In this document: piece after piece, positions 32,219 through 41,473 of the stretch | Numbering within the stretch: the first letter of the stretch is position 1 | Layout of the letters: each line of letters opens with the position of its first letter | NCBI GenBank assembly: GCA_963813075.1 | Contig: CAWEXU010000019.1 | Location: forward strand, 1-52,966 | Length of the DNA: 52,966 nt | Direction: 5' to 3' | DNA from: Methanotrichaceae archaeon | GTDB lineage: Archaea; Halobacteriota; Methanosarcinia; Methanotrichales; Methanotrichaceae | Program-made: the position numbers and the translations under genes | Notes under the pieces: generated by a model | What the model was told of the DNA's origin: nothing | Database searches by the model: none | The model's input: the letters and a program-made list of their open reading frames with translations, nothing else

Positions 32219-33336
32219 AGATCGAGGCCTCGGCCGAGGGAACGGGGGAAGGAATCCAGCTTTCTGCCCGCGGCCCGGCAGCCCTATTGGCAAAGCCGAT
32301 AATCGAGCAGATCAACAAGATCTTTTCTACCGAGAAGCCCATAAGCCCCGGCCCGGACCGATTCATCTTCTCCACCTGGATTCCTCCTGCCCCGAGCGTT
32401 GCCTTCGACCGGATGCTCTCTGCCCAGGTGGGGGCGATGATCCGCCGTCCGGTGCCCGACCAGTTCTCCATAGCGATAGTGAAGGCCTGCCCCAATGACT
32501 GCCTGCACTGCTCTGCTCCCTCTCGCCAGGGGGAGATACTCTCAAGCGACCTGATCAAGGGGGCGATCTCCCAGGCCCTGGACATGGGATCGTATCTGGT
32601 GACCTTCGACGGGGGAGAGCCCATGCTCCGCAAGGATCTGCCAGACCTGGTCTCTTCCGTCGACCAGCGGGCCATAGCCACCAGCTTCACCAGTGGCTAC
32701 CACCTGACGGCAGAGCTGGCCAGGCAGCTGAAAGAGGCGGGGCTCTATGCGGTGCGGATAAGCATCGACAGCCCCATCGAGGAGCAGCACGATCATTTCC
32801 GGGGACGCAAGGGGGCTTTTCTGGATGCCTTATCCGGGGTTCGCAATGCTCTGGAGGCCGGCCTTTTGGTGGACCTGTTCATGGTGACCTCACCGCACAA
32901 CATCGACTATCTGGAGGATGCTTTTTCGCTGGCGGCGGAGCTGGGGGCGCATGAGCTCTCCCTCTATGAGATCGTGGCCGTGGGCCGCTGGGCATCCCAC
33001 GAGGATGAGGTGCTCACGACGGGGGATGTGGCCCGGCTGGAGAGGTTCCACAAGGAGAAGAACAGGATGGATGGCCCCAGGGTCTCCGCACTGCCATATC
33101 TGTTGAGCCCGGAGATGTTCGGCTGCTTTGCCGGGCGGCGGTGGATTCATGTGGACGGGGACGGAGTGGCCCTGCCCTGCGCCTATATGCCACTTGGCTT
33201 TGGGAACATCAAGGAGAAGAGCCTGGAGGAGATCTGGAGGGAGATGACCCGCTACTCATGGTTTAAGGGGAGGTGCTCGTGCCAGATGAGGGATCCCGGA
33301 TTCCGGGGGGCGCACAAGGAGATACTGGGTAAGTAG
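32191..33336 (+). CDS. Radical SAM protein with Twitch/SPASM-type C-terminal domain
   Basis: CPNDCLHC, GGEP.LR, SIDS, C.AGRRW.HV..DG...PC, GNI. Confidence 0.9.
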   Translation: MQIAKKPLLKIEASAEGTGEGIQLSARGPAALLAKPIIEQINKIFSTEKPISPGPDRFIFSTWIPPAPSVAFDRMLSAQVGAMIRRPVPDQFSIAIVKACPNDCLHCSAPSRQGEILSSDLIKGAISQALDMGSYLVTFDGGEPMLRKDLPDLVSSVDQRAIATSFTSGYHLTAELARQLKEAGLYAVRISIDSPIEEQHDHFRGRKGAFLDALSGVRNALEAGLLVDLFMVTSPHNIDYLEDAFSLAAELGAHELSLYEIVAVGRWASHEDEVLTTGDVARLERFHKEKNRMDGPRVSALPYLLSPEMFGCFAGRRWIHVDGDGVALPCAYMPLGFGNIKEKSLEEIWREMTRYSWFKGRCSCQMRDPGFRGAHKEILGK

Positions 33337-33364
33337 GTCGAATTCCGGGGGAAATGAAATTTAA

Positions 33365-33698
33365 GGCTCATCGCAATTTGGTGAGGGTTCGTGCGCTAGT
33401 CATAGGAATTCGACATTTTTTCATGATCCTCTGTGCGCTCTGTGACTCTGAGGTTTTATTCCGTAACTACCATGTGTTTGAATATTCAGCTACGAATATT
33501 AACCGCAGAGACGCAGAGTTCGCAGAGACGTGGAAATTTACCTTATTACCAACACTTGAAAAAAAATGGTATATTTCTGAGCAAATAGTCGTCTCCGTTC
33601 GTTCGTCCTCCGTGCGCTCTGCGGCTCTGCGGTTTTATTCCGTATTCCGTAAACCACCAGGGTTAATTATCCCGCTACCCACTCGATACAGCGAAGCC
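33365..33698. mobile_element. Second MITE-like element related to 29450-29671
   Basis: Starts GGCTCATCGC, ends ACCCACTCGATACAGCGAAGCC (copy 1 ends ACCCACTTGATACAGCGAAGAACC); internal AACCGCAGAG / CTCTGCGGTT palindromes. Confidence 0.6.
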
Positions 33699-33699
33699 A

Positions 33700-33993
33700 A
33701 TGAAAACCCTTCAAGAGATCGAGAGCATTCTTAAAGATCAAAAGCCAATCCTTAAAAATATGTATAAAGTAAAGGAGATTGGCATCTTCGGCTCTTTCGC
33801 ACGAGGCGAACAAAAGGATACCAGCGATCTCGATTTGCTCATTGATTTTGAGGAGCCCATCGGTCTGATACAATATGCGGGACTGCAGAACTACTTAAGC
33901 GATAAGATTGGAGTGCAGGTGGATCTGGTCACAAAGTCAGGCCTCAAGCCGAGAATAGGCAGTCATATCCTCGGAGAGATAATCTACGTATGA
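33700..33993 (+). CDS. Minimal nucleotidyltransferase (MNT) antitoxin
   Basis: IGIFGSFARGEQ..TSDLDLLIDF, VDLVTK. Confidence 0.88.
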   Translation: MKTLQEIESILKDQKPILKNMYKVKEIGIFGSFARGEQKDTSDLDLLIDFEEPIGLIQYAGLQNYLSDKIGVQVDLVTKSGLKPRIGSHILGEIIYV

Positions 33994-34027
33994 AAATACA
34001 GTTTGAATCTATTTAGTCAGAAAGCCG

Positions 34028-34052
34028 TTTATACAAGTACGTACACGTACAC
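34028..34052 (+). promoter_or_regulatory. Putative TATA box plus palindromic operator upstream of vapBC
   Basis: TTTATACA followed by palindrome GTACGTAC and repeated CGTACAC just before ATG 34059. Confidence 0.45.
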
Positions 34053-34058
34053 TGATAG

Positions 34059-34292
34059 ATGTCCACCAAGACCATAACCATAACTGAAGAAGCCTATGAG
34101 CGCCTGAAAAGCCGGAAGGGCAAAAACCAGAGCTTCTCAGAGGTCATCGTCCAGAACCTCCCGGCAAAGCGGAAGCTATCCGAGATACTGGACGAGATCG
34201 GCAGGGACGATGCTCTTGCGGATCAGGTTGAGACGGCGTCAAGAGAGATGCGCCATTCCGGTATGAGGGACGCCTCTGATGCTGGTGCTTGA
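34059..34292 (+). CDS. vapB: VapB-type antitoxin (RHH, DUF217-like)
   Basis: TKTITITEEAYERLK..K...SFSEVI; overlaps the PIN gene. Confidence 0.85.
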   Translation: MSTKTITITEEAYERLKSRKGKNQSFSEVIVQNLPAKRKLSEILDEIGRDDALADQVETASREMRHSGMRDASDAGA

Positions 34293-34671
34293 TACCACCA
34301 TCCTGATCGACGCCCTGCGCAGGAATCAGGCGGCTCTCAGGAAGATCGCCGAGATCGAAGCGGCTGAGGAGACAGTCTGCACCACTCAGGTAAATGTCCT
34401 GGAGCTGTTCAAGGGCGCATACCTCTCAGCGAGGTCCGATGAGGGCGTACAGAAGGTCAGGAGGCTGCTGGAGGCCTTCGTGATCCTCTGCATAGACGAG
34501 GACACCTACGAGTGCTTTGCCGCCCTATCTGCCCAGCTCAAGTCTAGGGGGAAACCCACAAACGACTTCGACGAGCTGATCGCCGCCATCGCCATGACCA
34601 ACGGCGCGGCAATAGTGACCAGGGATGAGCATTTCCAGCACATCCCCGGATTAAGGATCATATCCTATTGA
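34279..34671 (+). CDS. vapC: VapC PIN-domain toxin
   Basis: VLDTTILID, ELF.G, FD.LIAAIA......IVTRD.HF..IPGL. Confidence 0.9.
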   Translation: MLVLDTTILIDALRRNQAALRKIAEIEAAEETVCTTQVNVLELFKGAYLSARSDEGVQKVRRLLEAFVILCIDEDTYECFAALSAQLKSRGKPTNDFDELIAAIAMTNGAAIVTRDEHFQHIPGLRIISY

Positions 34672-34697
34672 ATCCGATTCAGAGCAGCTCTTTGTCT

Positions 34698-34904
34698 TCA
34701 TCCCGGCCTGGAAATGGGATCCTCTTTAAGAGCCTGGAAATCTCCTTCCTCGGCAATTTGCATCAGGTGCTCGATCAGGCAGGCTTTCTTCTCCCTCTCG
34801 ATCATCCCGGCCAAAAGCTGGCTGAAGGTCTCTTTGGGCCTTTTGAGGTCGGATAGCTCAGCCCATACCGGCTCAGTCACAGCCAGGCGCTTTGTGGCAA
34901 GCAT
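34698..34904 (-). CDS. Small RHH/antitoxin-like protein
   Basis: TKRLAVTEPVWAELSDLK.P.ETFSQLL, same pattern as the vapB. Confidence 0.65.
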   Translation of the reverse strand: MLATKRLAVTEPVWAELSDLKRPKETFSQLLAGMIEREKKACLIEHLMQIAEEGDFQALKEDPISRPG

Positions 34905-35170
34905 GGATATATTGTAAATATTGGAAAGCAGATATAGCTTTTGGAGCTCCAGGCAGTACCCTTATCAGGATAGATCCACGACCGCAGTTATTGTTAGCTT
35001 TCTCCCTGCCATTCCGCCAGCTGCAGGCGCACCCGCTCCGCCACGGGGCTCTCGCCGCAAATGGTCTTCCGGCTCATCTCACCTCGCCTGCTCTCTGCTG
35101 GCACCTGAACCGGAAGCCCTTGCCGCCGGGCGCTCGCCAATCCCCTGGCCGGCTACCTGTCCTCCACCCT

Positions 35171-35602
35171 CTATCTGCTAGGATTCATCTTTGCCTTTGC
35201 CACTGGCTCCATCTCAGAGTTGTACCTGCCATGCCCCGAGTATACAATCTCCTCGATTCTCTCCGCCAGCAGAGCCTCAGGATTCTTTGCCGTCAGATAG
35301 TGTCCCGCTCCCGCATACCACAGGTACTTCTCATGCTTCAGAGCCTCGGCCGTGGAATGATAGGATATCCCCTTGCCCTGGAACTGGTAGATGCTCTGCA
35401 GGGCCTCAAGGACCACCACCGCTACCCCCAAAAGCCCGGTTACAACCGGATAGGCCCCCCAGCCGGCGAAGAAGGGGACCAGCGCTGCGGCAATGAACTC
35501 AATTCCCTTTAGCCACTTGTACCGGTCCTGATTCCATCTGGCGTTGTGGCTGTACCATTTGATCTGCTCCTCTAATCTATCCAGCGTTATATTTGCGACC
35601 AT
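35171..35602 (-). CDS. DUF4231/SLATT-domain two-TM protein
   Basis: RLEEQI.WY...A..NQ..YKWL, two TM helices, Y.STAEALKHEKYL.....G.Y. Confidence 0.8.
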   Translation of the reverse strand: MVANITLDRLEEQIKWYSHNARWNQDRYKWLKGIEFIAAALVPFFAGWGAYPVVTGLLGVAVVVLEALQSIYQFQGKGISYHSTAEALKHEKYLWYAGAGHYLTAKNPEALLAERIEEIVYSGHGRYNSEMEPVAKAKMNPSR

Positions 35603-35794
35603 AATCCAGAAACCCCCACATTTTTTCAAATCGATCTGAACGATCACATAATGCCGCATTGACAGTTCTGCCTGGCAGCAGGATCAGTCAACAGCATCCC
35701 TTCAAGGTTTCATCTCTTCTGCAGGATAAGCTTTTGCAGGGATCCCTTTAGCCATATGCTGCTTGGCTTATTTGATTCGGCCAATTTGATCAGA

Positions 35795-36742
35795 CTATTT
35801 GATCTTTGATTCTATAAAACTGGCCTTCATGGGGGCTTTTGCCGCCGGCTGGATCGCCGTCCGGAAGTACGGCTCTCTCCTGGCGTTCGCCTCTCTGAGC
35901 AGTTCCTTGATCCTCTCCGGGTCGAAGCTATCGATGGCTACCAGATTGTCGCTTCTTAGCAGGCATGGCTTTATCTTGCCGTCCGAGGTGACCCTCAGCC
36001 GGGTGCAGTGGGCGCAAAACTCGGTGTTGTCCATCGGCCTGACCACCTCCACCTCCGCCCCATCCAGGAAATACTTCTTGCGCCGGTGCATCTCCCGGGT
36101 TCGAATTGCATCTGCTTTTGCGGCCAGATTCCGCTCGATCCCCTCGATATCTCCGGAGACCCCCTGGCCCTGAAGGTCCAGGAGTTCAATCAGCTGCAGT
36201 ATCAGCCCCCTCTGCCGGCAGAACTCGATCATATCCGGAACCTCTGCCTCGTTCTTCTTCAGAACCACAAAATTCAGCTTGATAGGAAGCAGGCCCGCCT
36301 CCTTAGCAGCATCAATCCCCGCTAAAACCTTCTCCAGGTCCCCTGGCCTTCCTCTGGTGATATCGCAATATTTGCCCGGCTGGAGGGAGTCCAAGCTGAC
36401 ATTCACCCTGCCCAGGCCCGCACGGGCCAGAGATTCTGCCCGTTCTGCAAGCAGGATGCCATTGGTGGTAAGAGATGTCTCCAGGCTCTGGGGAATCCGG
36501 GCGACGATCTCTTCCAGGTCCCTTCTGAGCAGAGGCTCTCCCCCGGTGAACTTAACCTTGCGAACTCCCAGATCCTCCGCCGCTTTGGTGATGCTCACCA
36601 CCATCTCTCCCGGAATCTCGCCTCCGGGGAGCAGCTCCCCTTCGTGATGGCAGTAGAGGCACCTCAGATTGCAGCTGGGGGTGAGAGCAATTCGTATGCC
36701 TGTGACTTTGCGGCCATAAGAGTCCACCATTCGACCGGCCAT
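35795..36742 (-). CDS. moaA: GTP 3',8-cyclase
   Basis: DSYGR, CNLRCLYC, TGGEP, FCAHCTRLR.TSDG..KPCL. Confidence 0.93.
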   Translation of the reverse strand: MAGRMVDSYGRKVTGIRIALTPSCNLRCLYCHHEGELLPGGEIPGEMVVSITKAAEDLGVRKVKFTGGEPLLRRDLEEIVARIPQSLETSLTTNGILLAERAESLARAGLGRVNVSLDSLQPGKYCDITRGRPGDLEKVLAGIDAAKEAGLLPIKLNFVVLKKNEAEVPDMIEFCRQRGLILQLIELLDLQGQGVSGDIEGIERNLAAKADAIRTREMHRRKKYFLDGAEVEVVRPMDNTEFCAHCTRLRVTSDGKIKPCLLRSDNLVAIDSFDPERIKELLREANARREPYFRTAIQPAAKAPMKASFIESKIK

Positions 36743-36826
36743 GTTGAGCTGCTCATTATGCTGCTAGTATTAGAACTCTCTTCTGTAAGGGCTCCAAAAT
36801 CATCGTGCATGGTCTCAAAAATTATA

Positions 36827-37228
36827 TTAATATTCTATCTCGCCCAGGCTTCGCTTCAGATAGCTGAGCAGGGTCATGGCAATGATTATGCAGATAGCAA
36901 AGCCGCTGAGCAGCTCCTCCCAGGGATGCCTGTTCTCGGAGAAGGCATAGATTATCCCCCCGGAGATGAGGGCGAGAATCAATGTGGCGATGATGGATAC
37001 CAGCATGGACCACATGATGGAACCCACCTCATAGCGCTCGAAAAACGAGGCAGAGAGGACAAAGGCAATTGCCGCCAGGATCAGAGTTATGGATATGGGC
37101 AGGCCGGGTCCATAGCGGAAGAGCTGGATCAGCCCCAGGGCCAGGATCATCATCACCACTGCCAGCAGTCCCGAAGCCAGAAAAGCCTTCAGGATGTAGT
37201 TGTCAAAGCGATACTCCATCCGCATCAC
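36827..37228 (-). CDS. Hypothetical four-TM membrane protein
   Basis: Four hydrophobic segments. Confidence 0.7.
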   Translation of the reverse strand: MMRMEYRFDNYILKAFLASGLLAVVMMILALGLIQLFRYGPGLPISITLILAAIAFVLSASFFERYEVGSIMWSMLVSIIATLILALISGGIIYAFSENRHPWEELLSGFAICIIIAMTLLSYLKRSLGEIEY

Positions 37229-37308
37229 ATTTTTATAAGGTGTGTATTGAATATAAAGATTGTGTATATTTATAGAGGTTGTTTAAAACTATAAAAATTA
37301 TCTTATAT

Positions 37309-37689
37309 TCAATTAGACCTGCTGATCTCAGCCTCAAGCTCCATCATGACCCGCTTGTATTCCCGGTTCAGCCTTTCCGCCTTCTCCTCCGCCCCTTCCA
37401 GCGCCTGGGATCGGCCCATCATCTCCAGCTCCCGGCTCATCTCCGAAAGGCGCATCGCACCCACATACGCGCTGCTGGACTTCAGGCTGTGGGCGGCAGT
37501 CTTCAACCCGTTGGCATCCCTGCTCTCCACTGCCTGCAAAATTGCCTTCACCTTCTGCGGTGAATGCTCCAGGAACAGGCCGCCCACCTCAGCAACGATA
37601 TCAGGATCGCCAGTATCCTGCAGCTCCCTGAGGCTTGCCAGCACCGATCGATCGAGCGCATTGCCCATGACTCCATCTCCCTCTGTCAT
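37309..37689 (-). CDS. Stand-alone Hpt phosphotransfer protein
   Basis: AAHSLKSSSAYVGA.RLS. Confidence 0.88.
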   Translation of the reverse strand: MTEGDGVMGNALDRSVLASLRELQDTGDPDIVAEVGGLFLEHSPQKVKAILQAVESRDANGLKTAAHSLKSSSAYVGAMRLSEMSRELEMMGRSQALEGAEEKAERLNREYKRVMMELEAEISRSN

Positions 37690-37749
37690 AACACTCCATC
37701 CTTGCGAGATCTATCAAGCGCTAACCTACTTATTTCTTACTATTTATTC

Positions 37750-38012
37750 TTATCTTCTGCTGGTCTGATGAAGCGGAAATTCAGCAAAAAATGCCCCGAT
37801 CTCCAGCCGGTAGAGGGTATCATGCAGTTGGGCGATGCAGTTCCAGAGGTAATGGTGGATATGCATGGGGTCGGTGCCCGGCCCAGGCACAGCCAGAAAC
37901 CGGGCCAAAATGGCCATCCGGTACTCAGATACCACTCATCACATCTCCTCTGGCGAGGGGGCAAAAGGCGGGCAGCACAGGTGCTTGCCATAGGCCCGGC
38001 AGCCGTATCTGC
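37750..38012 (-). pseudogene. DUF2284 metal-binding protein fragment
   Basis: Frame not in the ORF track reads CRYGCRAYGKHLCCPPFAPSPEEM*, then VSEYRMAILARF...LYRLE..AF in another frame. Confidence 0.6.
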
Positions 38013-38027
38013 AATATCATCTCCCAC

Positions 38028-38975
38028 TCAGCTCTTCTTTTGCCGGACCACCAGGACCGGCCTGTCCGACCGCCGGGCGACATCCAGTGAGGTGCTGCCC
38101 AATCTCATCTGCTCGATCCAGCCCTTCCCCTGAGAGCTGAAGATCAGAAGCGAGACATCCTGCTTTTTGGCGAGCTGGAGGATCTGGTCGGCCGGCTTGC
38201 CCTTGAGGATATGAACGGTTGCCGTTCTTCCGGGCTGCTCCATATCCTGGCGGATCCGGTTGAGCTCTTCCGCCGCCCGGTCAAACTCCTCCTCTTTGGA
38301 GATGACATGGGCCAGCAGGACCTCATTTGTTCCCTCGAGGCCTTTTGCCAGATTTATGGCATCCTCTGCTGCCGGGGAGAGGTCAGTTGTGACCAGAATC
38401 CTGGAGAACATATTGGGGCAGAACTTCTCAAAATCGGCCTCTTTTCCCTTTTCCAGTATTCTATGGCGGATGATGAGAAGGTTGGTCTCACCCTGGCGCA
38501 GCACCTCTGTGGATACGCTTCCTAAAAGCATTCCCTCCAGCATTCCCTTTCCCTGCGCTCCCATGATGATCAGGGAAGCTTTCACCTCCGAGGCCGTCTT
38601 CTGGATGGCGTCGCCCACATTGCCGCCATAAATAAAGTCAGCATCGGCCCTTGGCTCCGGTGGCTTGAGGTTGACTCCATCTGCTCCACTCATGGGCTCC
38701 ACTATCACCTTCAGGACGGGCTTCACCTGAATGGGGGCCCTGCTGCCGGTGCCGGCAATGCCGGTGAGCACCTCTGCCTGCTCATTCAGCCTCAAAAAGG
38801 CCTCGCTTATAACTGCGTCATAGCTCCAGCCGCTCTTCTCCAGCAGCTTTGGATTGCTGGCATCGAGAACATGGAGGAGCACGACCTCTTTTGTTCCTGG
38901 TAATTCTGCTATGCACTCCAGCATCTTTCGATTGTACCGGGAGAAGTCGGTTGGGATCAGAACTTTTTCGAACAT
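38028..38975 (-). CDS. Tandem-domain universal stress protein
   Basis: MFEKVLIPTDFS, LIIMGAQGKG...LLGSVS; second domain ILVTTDLS...GKG.....LGSTS..V.R....PVLVV. Confidence 0.9.
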   Translation of the reverse strand: MFEKVLIPTDFSRYNRKMLECIAELPGTKEVVLLHVLDASNPKLLEKSGWSYDAVISEAFLRLNEQAEVLTGIAGTGSRAPIQVKPVLKVIVEPMSGADGVNLKPPEPRADADFIYGGNVGDAIQKTASEVKASLIIMGAQGKGMLEGMLLGSVSTEVLRQGETNLLIIRHRILEKGKEADFEKFCPNMFSRILVTTDLSPAAEDAINLAKGLEGTNEVLLAHVISKEEEFDRAAEELNRIRQDMEQPGRTATVHILKGKPADQILQLAKKQDVSLLIFSSQGKGWIEQMRLGSTSLDVARRSDRPVLVVRQKKS

Positions 38976-39185
38976 TTCCTCTTACCTCTTACACTTAACT
39001 CTTAACTCAGTGACAATACTCATGAATATGTTTGCCCCAAAATATATCAAAATGGCGACAAATAACCGGTGAGATTGCCCCGGCTCGGGCGGGATGAGTA
39101 TGAAGACCTTTTTATACCAAAAAGACATTATAATTAATTAAGAAATCATTCGGCCCTAACCGGGCTGAGTATCGAGTGTGGGATT

Positions 39186-41402
39186 ATGTGGAAATATATC
39201 TTACTGATACTAATTGCCGTATCTGTAGGCCTGACGGGCCCGGCAGGAGCAGACGGGATAATCATCATCGACCCGCCACCGGGAGTGGATGTGCGCCTGG
39301 ACCAGTCACTGGCCATCAAATACCATCATGTGGACATCCAGATAAAAGATCAGGTGGCCACCACCCGGGTGGACCAGGTCTTCGTCAATGACCATCCCTG
39401 GACGGCTGAAGGCACCTACATCTTCCCCCTTCCCGAGGGCGCGGCGGTGAGCGACTTTGTGATGTGGGTGGATGGCAAGGCCGTGCATGGCCAGATCCTG
39501 GAGGCGGATGAAGCGCGGGCGATATACGACGATGTGGTGCGGAGGATGAAAGATCCTGCCCTCCTGGAGTATGTGGGCAGAAAGGCTCTCAAGGCCTCAG
39601 TATTTCCCATCCCTCCGGGGGAGGAGCGCAAAATCGAGCTGGAGTACAGCCAGATCCTGCCGGTGGAAAACGGCCTGGTTCATTACATCTATCCCTTGAG
39701 CACAGAACGCTTCTCCTCCCGGCCGCTGGAGGACCTGGTGGTCAGGGCCGAGATCGAGTCCTCTGAGCCGCTGAAGGCGGTCTACTCCTCCCGCCATGAG
39801 GTCTCCATAGACCGGGAGGACGACTACCACGCCCTGCTGGGGCTGGAGCAATCAGATGTCCTGCCGGACAGGGACTTTGAGCTCTTCTACACCATCAGCA
39901 CCGAGAAGGTCGGCCTGAACCTGCTCAGCTACAAGGAAGAGGGCCAGGACGGCTTCTTCCTCCTTTTGGCTGCACCAAATGTAGAGGTGGATGAGGAGGA
40001 GATCGTGGCCAGGGATGTGATACTGGTCCTGGATACCTCGGGGAGCATGAACGGAGAGAAGATAGACCAGGCCAGGGAGGCAGCCAGATTTGTTCTGGAT
40101 CACCTCAATCCTCTTGATCGCTTTGCCATCATCTCCTTTGCCAGCACCACCAAATCCTTTAGCAGCAGGCTTGAGCCCCTCTCCAAGAAGAATGAGGGCA
40201 TGGACTTCGTGGACCGCCTGGAGGCCATGGGATCGACGGATATCAACCGGGCGGTGATCGAGGCCCTGGGCCTGGCGGAAGAGGATCGTCCCACCACCCT
40301 CATCTTCCTCACCGACGGCCTGGCCACCGAAGGTGTGACAGAGACCGCTGCGATACTGGAGAATGTAGATCGCGAGGCTCCGGATAATGTCCGCATCTTC
40401 AGCTTTGGGGTGGGCGATGATGTGGACACCGACCTGTTAGACCAGATCTCCATGGACCACAGCGGTGCGAGCACCTATGTCCGTCCGGGAGACCAGATCG
40501 ACGAGGAGGTCAGCGCCTTCTACAGCAAGGTGAAGACACCCGTCCTCTCCGACCTCACCATTGACTATGGCGATATCGTTGTGGACCAGGTCTATCCTCA
40601 GAAGATCCCGGATCTATTCGCCGGCTCCCAGCTCATCCTTCTGGGAAGATACAGAGAGGGCGGCCCCGCCCAGATAACCCTGGAGGGGGTGGTCAATAAA
40701 GAGAAACAGAGCTACATCTATCAGGACGTCCTCTTCCGCAAAGAGGGCGGGGACGACTTTATCCCCCGGCTCTGGGCCACCCGGGCAGTGGGATACTATC
40801 TCACTCAGATCCGGCTTTACGGGGAGAAGCAGGAGTGGATAGACTCCATCGTCGCCCTGAGCACCCGCTATGGCATAATAACACCTTATACCTCCTTCCT
40901 GGTGCAGGAGAAGGACATCTTCAGCGCCGAAGGCAGAGAGGAGGTCATGGAGGAGGTCGAGGCGGAGGTTGAGGTGGCTTCAGCAGAGCCAGCATCGGGC
41001 GTTCGAGCAGTGGAAGAGGCGGCCTATCAGGGTAAAATGAGCGCCGCTCCTGTGGAAGCTGCGATGCCTGTCAATGTCACTGTCTCTGCCAGGATGGACG
41101 GATCCAGCAAAACGGTGAAGGCCTCGGAGGTGGTCAAGAACGTGGGCAGCAAGACCTTCCTCTGGAGAAATGATACCTGGATAGACAGCACATTTGATCG
41201 CTCCATGAAGACGAAGAAGGTAACGTTCCTGGGAGACGAGTACTTCGATCTGATCTCTAAGGAGCCGGTGCTGGGAAGCTACTTCGCTCTGGGGGAGAGG
41301 GTGATAGTGGTGCATGAGGGCCAGGCCTATGAGACGGTGCCCCTGGAGGGCTCAGATTCGGCTATAGCAGGAAAAGAAGAATATAAGCAAACAAGCAAAT
41401 AA
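39186..41402 (+). CDS. Secreted VIT-VWA domain protein
   Basis: Signal peptide; VIT (EGTYIFPLPEGAAVS.F.M); VWA MIDAS DTSGSM, G.TDIN, FLTDG; ITPYTSFLV. Confidence 0.9.
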   Translation: MWKYILLILIAVSVGLTGPAGADGIIIIDPPPGVDVRLDQSLAIKYHHVDIQIKDQVATTRVDQVFVNDHPWTAEGTYIFPLPEGAAVSDFVMWVDGKAVHGQILEADEARAIYDDVVRRMKDPALLEYVGRKALKASVFPIPPGEERKIELEYSQILPVENGLVHYIYPLSTERFSSRPLEDLVVRAEIESSEPLKAVYSSRHEVSIDREDDYHALLGLEQSDVLPDRDFELFYTISTEKVGLNLLSYKEEGQDGFFLLLAAPNVEVDEEEIVARDVILVLDTSGSMNGEKIDQAREAARFVLDHLNPLDRFAIISFASTTKSFSSRLEPLSKKNEGMDFVDRLEAMGSTDINRAVIEALGLAEEDRPTTLIFLTDGLATEGVTETAAILENVDREAPDNVRIFSFGVGDDVDTDLLDQISMDHSGASTYVRPGDQIDEEVSAFYSKVKTPVLSDLTIDYGDIVVDQVYPQKIPDLFAGSQLILLGRYREGGPAQITLEGVVNKEKQSYIYQDVLFRKEGGDDFIPRLWATRAVGYYLTQIRLYGEKQEWIDSIVALSTRYGIITPYTSFLVQEKDIFSAEGREEVMEEVEAEVEVASAEPASGVRAVEEAAYQGKMSAAPVEAAMPVNVTVSARMDGSSKTVKASEVVKNVGSKTFLWRNDTWIDSTFDRSMKTKKVTFLGDEYFDLISKEPVLGSYFALGERVIVVHEGQAYETVPLEGSDSAIAGKEEYKQTSK

Positions 41403-41420
41403 GCAAACAAGCGAACAGGA

Positions 41421-41459
41421 GGGCCGGGAGATGTCTGCTATCCCGGCCCGGATTTTTTT
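41421..41459 (+). terminator. Hairpin plus T-tract between convergent genes
   Basis: GGGCCGGGA / TCCCGGCCC 9-bp stem followed by T7. Confidence 0.6.
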
Positions 41460-41473
41460 CCCAATTTTTTCCT

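Noticed and set aside
34994..35167. Minus-strand frame with an in-frame TAG (pyrrolysine?) ending ESPVAERVRLQLAEWQGES
   Set aside because: No pyl genes or methyltransferase context; looks like a short gene-end remnant
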